DNA of 32,602 bases from an archaeon (GTDB lineage Archaea; Iainarchaeota; Iainarchaeia; Iainarchaeales; 0-14-0-20-34-12): contig JBBSVU010000007.1 of NCBI GenBank assembly GCA_038046645.1, forward strand, positions 1 to 32,602, in the 5' to 3' direction. A program made the translations under genes and the position numbers. The notes beneath the pieces were generated by a model. The model was given only the letters and a program-made list of their open reading frames with translations. It ran no database searches and was not told where the DNA came from. This document shows positions 1 through 9,855 of this stretch, piece after piece; positions within the stretch are counted from its first letter, which is position 1, and every line of letters begins with the position of its first letter.

Positions 1-52
1 TGACAGCGAAATGTATAAAGACAAAAAAGCAAAAAAAGCAGTCAGGGAATAA

Positions 53-1156
53 TTACTTTTTAGCAAAACCAGAATATAATTTTACGAATTCATTTATCCT
101 GTTCTTCCAGGAATATCTCTCTGCGCTATGCCTACTTATTTCTGACAGTCTCTTCTTGTCCTGCCTTGAAATTCCTAAAATTTGATTTGCTGCTTTTTCA
201 GGGTTTTCAAAATCAATTATAAATTCATTTCCGAAATCTTTTGCGAATTCTCTGAATTGCGAAATATCACTAAGCAAAGGAATGCAGCCAGAGGCCATGC
301 CTTCAACAATTGAAATCCCAAAACCCTCATAGGACGAAGCAGAAATAATATATTCTGCTTTAGAATAATATTCAAGCAGTTTTTCCCTTTGGAGCTCGCC
401 TACAAATATCACGTTCTTTTGAATATTGCTCCCAGTTACAAGCTCCTTGCATTTCTGCAGGCAATTATCAAAATCAGTCCCAATAATATGAAGCTTTGCA
501 TCAGGCATTAATTTTGACAAAAATGCAAATGTTTTAACAAGCAAATCAACCCTTTTGTTTGCACTAATTCGGCCAACAAACAAAAATGAGTTTTTTTCTT
601 TCCCTATTTTTATATTTGAGAAATCATCCAGGGAAATAGCATTCTCAATATGGATTAATTTTGAATCTGCAGATATTTTTTTGAATAATTCAAAATCCTG
701 CAAACTGTCAACAACTACAATATCCGCAAAATTAAAGAGAAATTTCTCAAAAAAATTGAAATAAATATTTTTCAGAAAACCGAGTTTTTTTGTGTGGAAG
801 ATTCCACCATGGGATTGCACAATGATTGGCTTATGGTGAAGGAATTTTGTCATAAGCAGGAAATCAGAAAAAAATCCTATTCCGTGAATATGCAACAAAT
901 CGCAATCTTTTATGTGGCTGAGCACTGAAGGCGCTATTTTGTAATATTTCAAATCAAAAAACGGTATTCTAATTATTTCCATATTGCTTAATTTAGCATA
1001 ATGTTCTAATTTCTGGCTTGAATTCGCGCATTTGTTTAAGCAGATAACCTTGCACTCAATTTGATTCTTTGAGAGCTCTTTGCAAAGATCTAAAGTAAAG
1101 GTTTCAATTCCCCCAATGCAAGGATAAAAACGATTAGTAATATGGGCTATTTTCAT
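53..1156 (-). CDS. Glycosyltransferase family 4 (GT-B) protein
   Basis: N-terminal MKIAHITNRFYPCIGGIE, FVGRISANKR, and the GT4 signature SSYEGFGISIVEGMASG. Confidence 0.93.
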   Translation of the reverse strand: MKIAHITNRFYPCIGGIETFTLDLCKELSKNQIECKVICLNKCANSSQKLEHYAKLSNMEIIRIPFFDLKYYKIAPSVLSHIKDCDLLHIHGIGFFSDFLLMTKFLHHKPIIVQSHGGIFHTKKLGFLKNIYFNFFEKFLFNFADIVVVDSLQDFELFKKISADSKLIHIENAISLDDFSNIKIGKEKNSFLFVGRISANKRVDLLVKTFAFLSKLMPDAKLHIIGTDFDNCLQKCKELVTGSNIQKNVIFVGELQREKLLEYYSKAEYIISASSYEGFGISIVEGMASGCIPLLSDISQFREFAKDFGNEFIIDFENPEKAANQILGISRQDKKRLSEISRHSAERYSWKNRINEFVKLYSGFAKK

Positions 1157-1246
1157 AATATATCATTGATTTGAGAATTAAAAAGATAGTAGTATGATAT
1201 TCGCAAATTAAGCAATAAATCCATTAAATTTTTGCTATTTGGGATA

Positions 1247-2392
1247 TCAGCTAAAAATAAATTTTAAGGCTTCAGGGAACAAGGTAAGCATTGACGGTTT
1301 CCTAAATATCTTGCCAACAAACTTTGTTGGATTATCCATATCGCCATAACTGGTCAGGAATTCCCCTAATCCTGCTTTTTTGGCCTTTTGGAATAGCTTT
1401 TCTGTCTTTTCCCTGCCAAGTGAATTAATATAGGAACGTATCTTCCAGTGCATAACAAGCTCCTTATTCAAGCCAGAAAGCATCTTCTCGTAATTCTCAA
1501 GCGGTTTTGAATTTAACAGATTTTCTGAGATTGCATTTGCTGCTGTTTCGGCTGCCCTTAACCCAAATATTATGCCTCCACCAGTGGTTGCCTTTGTTTG
1601 GAAGGCAGCATCCCCTACTAATAATTGATTGCTTAAAACAACATGTTTAAGCGGATGCCCTACAGGAATAATTGAACTAGTTTCAGAAATCTTTTCGAAA
1701 TCAAAATTTTTGCTTGCATAAAAAGAATCGAATGCACTTTTTGGGTTATTCCCTAATGTAACGCCAATGCCCAAATCAGCTTCTTTTTTTGAGTGAGGAA
1801 TTAACCAGGCAAAAAATCCCACTGCTTCCTTGCAAAGGTAAACATTTACTTTTCTGGGGTCAAAATCGCCTGAAACCATCTGTTGGTAGGCATGGACAAA
1901 CATATGGGTAGGGGCATTAAGATTCATTAATTCCCGGGTCCTTGATTGCACACCATCTGCGCCAACAACAATTTTAGATTTTACCATTGTCCCATGGTTG
2001 TCCTTCTGGTAAAAAACATTTTTGTCAGTAAAATTAATCAGTTTGGAATTAAAATCCACTTGGACATCTTTAGAGATTGCTTTTTTGTAAAGGTTTTTGT
2101 CAAATAATTCCCTATCAACCACATATGCAACAGGCCTTTTTCTCTCAACCGTGATTTTTGTGCCTTCAGGCGAAATTATATCTGCGCCATAAATTTCATT
2201 TAATAAAACACCATCAAGTTTTAAATCCAAATCATGGCAGCCGGATTCTGAAATAAGGCCAGAGCAATGCACTGGCACGCCCACTTCCGCGTGTTCCTCA
2301 ATCACTAAAGAAGAGATGCCGGAATCAGAGAGCTTAGAGGCCAAATGCAAACCTGCTGGCCCTGCCCCAACTATGGTAACTTGAATAGCCAT
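1247..2392 (-). CDS. Geranylgeranyl reductase family FAD oxidoreductase (digeranylgeranylglycerophospholipid reductase-like)
   Basis: GAGPAG dinucleotide motif, PVHCSGLIS, VVGADG, GFFAWLIP (YxWxFP-like), GDAAFQTKATTGGGI. Confidence 0.88.
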   Translation of the reverse strand: MAIQVTIVGAGPAGLHLASKLSDSGISSLVIEEHAEVGVPVHCSGLISESGCHDLDLKLDGVLLNEIYGADIISPEGTKITVERKRPVAYVVDRELFDKNLYKKAISKDVQVDFNSKLINFTDKNVFYQKDNHGTMVKSKIVVGADGVQSRTRELMNLNAPTHMFVHAYQQMVSGDFDPRKVNVYLCKEAVGFFAWLIPHSKKEADLGIGVTLGNNPKSAFDSFYASKNFDFEKISETSSIIPVGHPLKHVVLSNQLLVGDAAFQTKATTGGGIIFGLRAAETAANAISENLLNSKPLENYEKMLSGLNKELVMHWKIRSYINSLGREKTEKLFQKAKKAGLGEFLTSYGDMDNPTKFVGKIFRKPSMLTLFPEALKFIFS

Positions 2393-2475
2393 CTTAGATC
2401 TGTTTAATTAAAAGAAGAAACAGCTTTAAAGCTTTGTGGGAAGAATAAAAAAGGGAAAAAAATAAAGGGTAAAAA

Positions 2476-5448
2476 TTACCCTCTATATTTGAATTTCTTT
2501 CCGCTGGCAAAGTCCTCTACTGGATGTGAATCTTTATCCATTGAAAAGCCTGAATTCCCCTTAAAGGAATAGCCTTTTTGCCTTCTTCCCAATAATACAA
2601 TCCCTAAAATTAATACGATTAGGGCAATTACTACAATAGGCATCCACCAGGTGAATTTTAAATCAGGGAATTGGAAACCTGTTCCAGCAGATTGATTTGA
2701 GGAAAGCTTTTCTATAACATTTTCAGTTTCACTCAAAGCAACTGTTGGCGCAAATACTGCATTAAAGTCATCAGAGAACAAATTTACATCTTGATCCACT
2801 TTTTCCTTAATGTAATATGTGATTTCAGCACTATAAACAACGTTTGATGTGTCTACACTTTCATCTGCAAGGTTTGCTGTTGCATTACTGTCCAAATTAA
2901 CATCAACTGTTTCTTTAATCTTGGATATTCCTGGCAGGTTAATGGTGAATAATAATACCGGATCGGATTCCAAAACAGTAAAATTGTAATCTGAAACAAT
3001 GCTGTTAGCGTCCTTGGCAATCTCCTTAGGTATTACTTCAACTATATTGAGGTTTAAATCATATAAGTAATTCTCATCCCTTGCAATCTTAAGTGTAAAC
3101 CTCACATATTTATCGCTGATATTCTTATGTTTTACTTCGATGATTTTCATTTGTTTTGTCAATGAGATTTTATTAAGGGTAGAGGTAGCATCATCTAAAA
3201 TAGAAGAATCTGTTTTCAATTCTTTTAATTTTGCAACAAATTCAGCTTTGCCATAGGAAATTTCTTTTTCTGTAACCGTAACATCAAAGGATGATAAAAA
3301 TTCATCAAACAGTTTCTTTGCTTCCTCTGCTTTTGAATTAGCATCAGAATAATTGCTGTCGCTAAGGGCTGTGTCTGCAGAATTTAATGCCAAATTTGCC
3401 TGTGAAAGCATCAATGAAACATCCGCAGGTAATTCAATGCCAAAGCCGGTTAATTTGGCAATCTTTTCCTCTGCCACAGTTTTTTGTGATTTTACTGCAT
3501 CCACAACTGCAGCAGTGCTTACCTGCACAGGATTATCCAAATAAATAACCCTACTAGCTTCTGTGACATCCTCGGTTCCTCCATTGCCAAATGCCTTTAC
3601 TTTTAAGGTATATTTGCCGTATTTTGTTTCATCATAAGAATATTCATAAGCATAATTGCCTGCATCATCTGCTGAGCCAACTGTGCTTAATGCAGCATCA
3701 TCCAAAAAGAACAGGACCTTTTGAATCCCGCTGCTATCTGTTGCTTTAATGCTAAATTTAATTGGGCTGCTTGAGAAATGTTTTTCATCTGAATCCGGAT
3801 TTACCCAGGTAATTGCTGGTTTTTCAGTATCTGAAGAGGTTGTTGCGCTTGAAGCATTAGCTGCAGAGGTTGAAGTATCTGCGCTAGAACTGCCGGTTAC
3901 TGTTGCTGAAACAGTAGCACTGAATGCACCATAATTGCCAGCGTAATCCTTTGCCCTGACTTTGAAAGTATATGTGCCATTTGATTGGCTTGCGAATGAA
4001 TAACTTGTGCTTGCAGTATTGCCTTGGTTAATATCATTCTTGTACATTTCATACTCTTTTACTGGCGCACCAATTACGCTTGCTGCACCCCAACTCAAGA
4101 TAATAGTAGAGCCGGAAACGCTTGCGCTAGGCGTAGGGACAGAGGGCCCGTTCACATCATAATAAAATGCAACATTTGCATTCTTGTTGTTGTCCGCTAA
4201 ATCTAAAATTTTCAGGTAAACAGTCCTGTTGCCATCTGCATTTGTCGGGCAGCCGGTTGCTGATGCAATATTAAAGCTTGATTTCGTTGAAGCATATGTT
4301 TCTGGTGATGACCAACTTGAGTTATCACAAGAAAAGGCCATTCTCAAAGCTGCATTTGGGGTGTAATGTTCATTATCAAAACCATTAATGTCAAAAGTCG
4401 GGGTTGCTGTTATAACATAATTCTTATCAGAAGCAGCATAAGCTATGCTTGATGTTGCTAAGTTTATTGTTGAAATTGTTGGTGCTTGTGTATCTATAGT
4501 GTAATAAAAACCAATATTCAGGTCATTGCCTGCAACATCCACAGCATTAACATCAATCCAAACATTGCCATCGGAAAATGTGCTTGTCGGGGTAAATGTC
4601 AAGACATAGCCATTTGTGTCTGTCCTTGCAGTCTTTGTCAATGTTCCGCCATAAGAAACACCGCTTGCGTTTTTTACAACCATTGAAACATCAGCTTGGT
4701 TTAAACCAGAAAGTGCATCAGCAATGTTTACATCAATTGAAGCACTGGTTTTTTTATGCACATTTTTGTCTGAAGAAATTGTTGGGTCTGTTTTATCAAT
4801 TCTGACATAAATTGTGTTTGTATCACTTTGGTTTCCTGCCAAATCAACACAGTAAAAAGCCAAGGTATGGTTTAAGTCTGAAGAAATTGAAACGCCTGTT
4901 GAAGCAGAATATGTTGCAGAAGAGCCATCAAGTGTATAAGTAATGGTTGATGCTCCGCTTGCATTTCCTGTTCCGGATTGTGAATTTAAATCATTGCAGT
5001 ATAAATGAACAGTAGCATTAACATTCTGCCAGCTTTTATTGTAATCTGCATTTACATCTGGCTTTTTGTCATCAACCATAAAAGAGGAAGAATGAACATA
5101 TGCGAAAGCGCCTGTTTCATCAAAAACATTAATGTCTAAAGTATAATTTCCATCAGCAAGGGAAATGAAATTATAATTAAAAGTATAAGTGCCGGAAGAA
5201 TTATTCGAGTCTTTCAGATTAACATCATTGAAATATACTACGCTAGTTCCTGTGGAATCTGCGATATTCAAATCTGCCAAAGCAACAGCTGAAGCATTAT
5301 CATCGGTCCAGGCAAAAACAATATTTGATGCTGCTTTGAAATAGGTATTTGTTGCTGGCTGTGAAATGCTCAGGGTCATTGTGCTTGCAAATGCTGCTGA
5401 ACAGAATAGGATAAAAACACTTAAGATTAACAAAAATTTTCTCATCAT
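2476..5448 (-). CDS. Large membrane-anchored cell-surface protein with Ig-like/fibronectin-III repeats
   Basis: Signal peptide (MMRKFLLILSVFILFCSAAFA); repeated DxAGN and YTFKVRAKD Ig/FN3 signatures; Ser/Thr/Ala linker; helical stalk; C-terminal TM helix (WWMPIVVIALIVLILGIVLLG) plus basic tail; GAGGGG-like RBS upstream. Confidence 0.85.
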   Translation of the reverse strand: MMRKFLLILSVFILFCSAAFASTMTLSISQPATNTYFKAASNIVFAWTDDNASAVALADLNIADSTGTSVVYFNDVNLKDSNNSSGTYTFNYNFISLADGNYTLDINVFDETGAFAYVHSSSFMVDDKKPDVNADYNKSWQNVNATVHLYCNDLNSQSGTGNASGASTITYTLDGSSATYSASTGVSISSDLNHTLAFYCVDLAGNQSDTNTIYVRIDKTDPTISSDKNVHKKTSASIDVNIADALSGLNQADVSMVVKNASGVSYGGTLTKTARTDTNGYVLTFTPTSTFSDGNVWIDVNAVDVAGNDLNIGFYYTIDTQAPTISTINLATSSIAYAASDKNYVITATPTFDINGFDNEHYTPNAALRMAFSCDNSSWSSPETYASTKSSFNIASATGCPTNADGNRTVYLKILDLADNNKNANVAFYYDVNGPSVPTPSASVSGSTIILSWGAASVIGAPVKEYEMYKNDINQGNTASTSYSFASQSNGTYTFKVRAKDYAGNYGAFSATVSATVTGSSSADTSTSAANASSATTSSDTEKPAITWVNPDSDEKHFSSSPIKFSIKATDSSGIQKVLFFLDDAALSTVGSADDAGNYAYEYSYDETKYGKYTLKVKAFGNGGTEDVTEASRVIYLDNPVQVSTAAVVDAVKSQKTVAEEKIAKLTGFGIELPADVSLMLSQANLALNSADTALSDSNYSDANSKAEEAKKLFDEFLSSFDVTVTEKEISYGKAEFVAKLKELKTDSSILDDATSTLNKISLTKQMKIIEVKHKNISDKYVRFTLKIARDENYLYDLNLNIVEVIPKEIAKDANSIVSDYNFTVLESDPVLLFTINLPGISKIKETVDVNLDSNATANLADESVDTSNVVYSAEITYYIKEKVDQDVNLFSDDFNAVFAPTVALSETENVIEKLSSNQSAGTGFQFPDLKFTWWMPIVVIALIVLILGIVLLGRRQKGYSFKGNSGFSMDKDSHPVEDFASGKKFKYRG

Positions 5449-5559
5449 TTCCCCTCTTGCTAATTATACTTCTATAATTTCTATATATAGAACAATAATA
5501 TTTATATAAGTAGGGTTTAATGCTGCCAATCTTTAATAAATGATTTTGATGATGCGCTT

Positions 5560-5964
5560 TTATTCAGCCGGGAAATTTGACAAACTTTCAAGTTTAAAGG
5601 TAAGTTCAACAGGGCTTTCGATTACATATGAATCTGCCCCTACCTGTGCATATTCCCCATTAATATAAAATGACCAGTATTCTGAGCTTGTGGAATTAAT
5701 TCCAGATATTCCAGTGATAAATTTCCCAAAAGAATACTCTTTTGTTTCAACAAGCGCAGTCTCTTGCAAAGCCTGCAAAGCTGTTTTACCTTTCTGTACT
5801 GAAATATTCTGGTCAACAATTATTTGGGAATTCGAAATTACTTTAATAGAAACAGCAAATTTTTCCTTGCCTGTTGGCTGCAAATCACTTGAATTTATAC
5901 AGCCTAACAGTAGTATTGCTGCCAGCATCATGCCTGCTAACACTAAGCACTTTAATTTCATCAT
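5560..5964 (-). CDS. DUF4430 (transcobalamin C-terminal-like) lipoprotein
   Basis: Lipoprotein-like signal (LLLGCI); motifs TALQAL, FGKFITGISGI, YWSFYING..AQVGADSY; AGGTGA RBS just upstream. Confidence 0.8.
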   Translation of the reverse strand: MMKLKCLVLAGMMLAAILLLGCINSSDLQPTGKEKFAVSIKVISNSQIIVDQNISVQKGKTALQALQETALVETKEYSFGKFITGISGINSTSSEYWSFYINGEYAQVGADSYVIESPVELTFKLESLSNFPAE

Positions 5965-6580
5965 CAGTCACCTTATTTTTTAATTTTAAGTATTTAGAAA
6001 AAAGCCCTGCAAACCCAGCATTTGCGGCAATATGCGCGAGTGAAAATGGCAGGGAGGTCAAAAAATAAATAGGAAGGGATAATGCGCCTAAAAATAATCC
6101 ATAGAAGAATAACGAACCGAATAAATTCATCAAAATTTCAAAAAAGATTGTACCTGCAACAGACATTATTATGAAATCTTTCTTGCTAACTTGCTTTACC
6201 TTGCCAATTAATCCCGCACCAGCAGCAGGGATTCCTGCGCCCAATGCTTGGAATAATGTCCAGGGGCCCTGTAAACCCCAAACAAAGAAATTGGAAACAA
6301 CATAGGCAAAAAATCCAAGAGAAAAGCCTTCTTTTGCGCCAAACAGAAGGCCTGCCAAAATAGCAATAGGGATTATGGGCTCTACACTTGGAACCCATTG
6401 CAAAGCAACCCTGCCTAAAACAGCGGCCATAAACATAGCTAAGAAAATTGCGGTGCTTTTCACTTCGGAATTTATTTTTTCCTGCTGAAGCTCTTTTTCT
6501 AAATCTTTTTCCTTTGTTTTTTCAACCTGTTTTGCAATCTGATTTAAAAAAGGGCTTTTTTGCTTTTGAACAAGTTCCAT
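5885..6580 (-). CDS. ECF transporter S component (CbrT-like, probable cobalamin)
   Basis: Multiple TM segments; GRVALQWVPSVEP and VSNFFVWGLQGPWT motifs typical of ECF S components. ATG at 6580 preferred over GTG at 6589. Confidence 0.75.
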   Translation of the reverse strand: MELVQKQKSPFLNQIAKQVEKTKEKDLEKELQQEKINSEVKSTAIFLAMFMAAVLGRVALQWVPSVEPIIPIAILAGLLFGAKEGFSLGFFAYVVSNFFVWGLQGPWTLFQALGAGIPAAGAGLIGKVKQVSKKDFIIMSVAGTIFFEILMNLFGSLFFYGLFLGALSLPIYFLTSLPFSLAHIAANAGFAGLFSKYLKLKNKVTDDEIKVLSVSRHDAGSNTTVRLYKFK

Positions 6581-6746
6581 GCAAATCACAACAAGTATCT
6601 AAAAATAGTAGATAAACTATTTAAATTATTGGTGTATGCTAATATACTAAGCAATGTGCAAATGCTAAACATAATATCTAGTGCGGCATAGAAGCAGATT
6701 TTGTGTACCAATTGCTTTATAAGTCGGATAAATATTTTTGATAAAT

Positions 6747-8156
6747 ATGGGCAATAAAAAGATTTTAATTGCTGGCGCAGGCTTAAGCGGCCTAAGTGTT
6801 GCTTACAAATTGTCACAAAAAGGGTTTAATGCAAAGGTAATCGAGAAAAATAATTTTGTTGGCGGAATTTCATCAACATTTGCATACAAGGATTTCCTTT
6901 TGGATTACGGGCCACACAAAATATATACAATCATGCCTGAAATTGAAAATTTCATTAAAGGATTGTTAAAAGAAGAACTGCTAAAAAAGCCAAAAAAATG
7001 CCTTGTGTTCCTTGAGGGGAAATTTTTTAATTATCCTGTGAGAATACCCCAGCTATTATTGGGCATTAATCCAGTTAAATCATTAAAAATGGGATTCAGC
7101 TTTTTATCTTCTTCTTTAAAAAATGCCAAGAAAAAAGATGATAAAAATTACAGCGATTATCTTTCAAACCGCTTTGGAAAAGAGGTATATAATTTAGTTT
7201 TCGATGGCTATGCAAACAAAGTATGGGGCAATCCAAAAGAAATAAGCAGCGACTTGGCAAAAGCAAGGATATCTGCGCCAAACCTTTTGTCTTTAATAAA
7301 AGCCAGCATATTCAAGGAGAAAAAACCGGAATTAAGCGCAGAATTTTTTTATTACCCAAAAAAAGGCATAATACAATTGTCTGAAAATCTTGCGAAGGGA
7401 ATTGAGAAAAACAAGGGCGAAGTAATTCTGAACAAAAAAATATCAACGATATTTTGGAATGAAAAAACGGGTTTTGAATATGCATTGGCTGAAGCCAATG
7501 GCAAGGAAGAAAAAATCCAGGCAGATATTTTTGTATCAACAATGCCGTTGCCTGAGCTCATAAATTCAATGAATCCTAAACCGCCAAAAAAAGTTTTGGA
7601 TGCTGCAAATAACCTAAAATTAAATTCTCTTGTTCTGCTGTATTTAATCATAAAAAAGCCAAGGGCATTGGAATCTAATTGGATTTATTTCCCTGAGAAG
7701 AAATTCCTTTTTAACAGGATTTCAGAGCAGAAAGGCATGAGTGAATTTACCTGCCCAAAATCAAAAACTGCCCTATGCATTGAATTCACCTCCACAAAAG
7801 AGAATTCTTTTGAAGCAATAAGTGCAGAAGACTTATTTGGAAAAATCCTGCCAGACCTTGAGAAGATAGGCATATGCAAAAAAGGGGATATTGAAGAGGT
7901 TTTCATCAAAAGAATACCAAAGGTCTATCCAATATATAGCCTTGATTACAAAGAAAACTTATCAATTATTTTAAATTTTTTGGACAATATTCCGAATATG
8001 CTAACTGTGGGAAGAAATGGTTTATTCAATTATAACAACATGGACCATTGCATTGATTCTGGATTTAAGGCTGCTGAGAACATATATTTGGGCAAAAGCA
8101 GGGAAGAATGGGCAACGGAAAGGGAATCTTTTTATAATTACAAGATAATTGATTAA
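6747..8156 (+). CDS. FAD-dependent oxidoreductase (protoporphyrinogen oxidase / UDP-galactopyranose mutase-like), glycan-cluster associated
   Basis: GAGLSGL, EKNNFVGG, DYGPH, YPIY and GRNGLFNYNNMDH motifs; TTTATAA box about 25-30 nt upstream of the ATG at 6747. Confidence 0.75.
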   Translation: MGNKKILIAGAGLSGLSVAYKLSQKGFNAKVIEKNNFVGGISSTFAYKDFLLDYGPHKIYTIMPEIENFIKGLLKEELLKKPKKCLVFLEGKFFNYPVRIPQLLLGINPVKSLKMGFSFLSSSLKNAKKKDDKNYSDYLSNRFGKEVYNLVFDGYANKVWGNPKEISSDLAKARISAPNLLSLIKASIFKEKKPELSAEFFYYPKKGIIQLSENLAKGIEKNKGEVILNKKISTIFWNEKTGFEYALAEANGKEEKIQADIFVSTMPLPELINSMNPKPPKKVLDAANNLKLNSLVLLYLIIKKPRALESNWIYFPEKKFLFNRISEQKGMSEFTCPKSKTALCIEFTSTKENSFEAISAEDLFGKILPDLEKIGICKKGDIEEVFIKRIPKVYPIYSLDYKENLSIILNFLDNIPNMLTVGRNGLFNYNNMDHCIDSGFKAAENIYLGKSREEWATERESFYNYKIID

Positions 8157-8193
8157 GTGAAAAAATTTAAAGAACATATGTGAGTAATCTATT

Positions 8194-8901
8194 ATGGTTA
8201 ATGAAAAACAGCTTATTTTGTCAATAATTATCCCGGTATTCAATGAAGAGAATACTGTTGATAAAATAATAAACCGGGTAAAAGAGGTTGACCTCTCCAA
8301 ATACGGCATAAGCAAAGAGATAATTGTAATTGATGACGGCTCAAGAGACAACACCTTCCAGGAAATAAAAAAAATAAAAGGGATTACTGCACTTAAACAC
8401 GATAAAAACTATGGAAAGGGAAGGGCAATAAGGACAGGCCTCGCGGAAGCAAAAGGGCAGATTTTTCTGATTCAGGATGCTGACCTTGAATATGACCCAA
8501 ATGATTATATTAAATTGATTGAGCCAATAATAGAAGGTAAAAATGATGTTGTATATGGGTCAAGATTCCTGAATAAAAGCAATGTCATACCCTTGACAAA
8601 ATTCAAAATCGGGAATTATTTGCTTACCTTCTTCGCAAACATATTATACGGGGCAAACATCACTGATGAAGCTACAGGATACAAAGTTTTTACAAAAAGG
8701 GTGAAAGATTCAATAAATCTTAGGTGTGAAAGGTTTGAATTTTGCCCTGAATTTTTTGCAAAAGTGAGAAAAAAAGGGTTTAAGATATATGAAGTCCCAA
8801 TAAGTTATAAATACCGGACAAAAAGCCAAGGCAAAAAAATAAATTGGAAAGACGGCATAATAGCATTGGCAACTTTAATTAAATACAGGTTCTCAGATTA
8901 A
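8194..8901 (+). CDS. Glycosyltransferase family 2, polyprenol/dolichol-phosphate sugar synthase-like
   Basis: [47 protein letters not shown]. Confidence 0.92.
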   Translation: MVNEKQLILSIIIPVFNEENTVDKIINRVKEVDLSKYGISKEIIVIDDGSRDNTFQEIKKIKGITALKHDKNYGKGRAIRTGLAEAKGQIFLIQDADLEYDPNDYIKLIEPIIEGKNDVVYGSRFLNKSNVIPLTKFKIGNYLLTFFANILYGANITDEATGYKVFTKRVKDSINLRCERFEFCPEFFAKVRKKGFKIYEVPISYKYRTKSQGKKINWKDGIIALATLIKYRFSD

Positions 8902-8919
8902 TTATTAAAGGGTGGAATA

Positions 8920-9810
8920 TTGCAGCATGTTAAATGTAATCTGTGCGGGGCTGACAACTATAAAATAGTTTACCCTGCCAAGAATGTTCAGGTGAAGGCT
9001 AGGATTTACAGTGCATCCAGCACAAATATAAATACTGACCAAATAGTTAAATGCAAAAAGTGCGGGTTAATATATGTCAATCCGCTAAGGCCGCACAAAG
9101 AGATAATTGAAGAATATGCAACAGGTTCAGATGAGACATTTGTCTCGCAAAATGATGCCAGGGCAGATACATTTAAAAAATATTTAAAAATATTAGATTC
9201 AAAATTCCCAAAAAAAGGCAAAGTGCTTGATATAGGCACTGCAGGCGGGGCATTTTTAAAAGCAGTAAAGGAAGATAACTGGGACTGCGAAGGCATTGAG
9301 CCAAACAAATGGATGGCTGAATGGGCCATGAAAAGATATGGGGTAAAAATACATATAGGGACATTAGATGATTTCAAGGGCAAAGATGAAACCTATGATG
9401 TAATAACCTTGTGGGATGTTCTGGAACATGTGCCTGACCCTATGAAAACCTTGGAGAAATGCAACAGCCTGCTAAAAAAAGACGGATTGCTGGTAGTTAA
9501 TTATCCGGACATAGGGAGCATAATCTCAAAGATTATGCGCAGCAAATGGGTCTTTTTGTTAAGTGTACATCTATTTTATTTTGACAGGAAAACAATTAAG
9601 GAATACCTTAAAAAGGCAAAATTCGATATCCTTGAAATAAAGCCGCATTTCCAGAAGCTGGAATTAGGCTATCTGGCCCAAAGGATTTCCCCTTACAATA
9701 AAACAATTTCAAAAATTGCAACCAAGGCAGTGGGCACAATAGGGCTTTCAAAAGTGCAAATACCATATTGGCTAGGCCAAACATTGGTAATTGCCACAAA
9801 GAAAAAATAA
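8920..9810 (+). CDS. Class I SAM-dependent methyltransferase with N-terminal Zn ribbon
   Basis: CNLC...CKKC, VLDIGTAGG, YDVITLWDVLEHVPDP; TTG start preceded by GGTGGA RBS. Confidence 0.88.
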   Translation: MQHVKCNLCGADNYKIVYPAKNVQVKARIYSASSTNINTDQIVKCKKCGLIYVNPLRPHKEIIEEYATGSDETFVSQNDARADTFKKYLKILDSKFPKKGKVLDIGTAGGAFLKAVKEDNWDCEGIEPNKWMAEWAMKRYGVKIHIGTLDDFKGKDETYDVITLWDVLEHVPDPMKTLEKCNSLLKKDGLLVVNYPDIGSIISKIMRSKWVFLLSVHLFYFDRKTIKEYLKKAKFDILEIKPHFQKLELGYLAQRISPYNKTISKIATKAVGTIGLSKVQIPYWLGQTLVIATKKK

Positions 9811-9855
9811 ATAAAAAACCCAAATAAATGGACAAATTTGTTATGAAATTTATCT

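Noticed and set aside
6590..6746. Possible cobalamin riboswitch ahead of the ECF gene
   Set aside because: AT-rich with no B12-box or conserved stems; only TATA-like elements.
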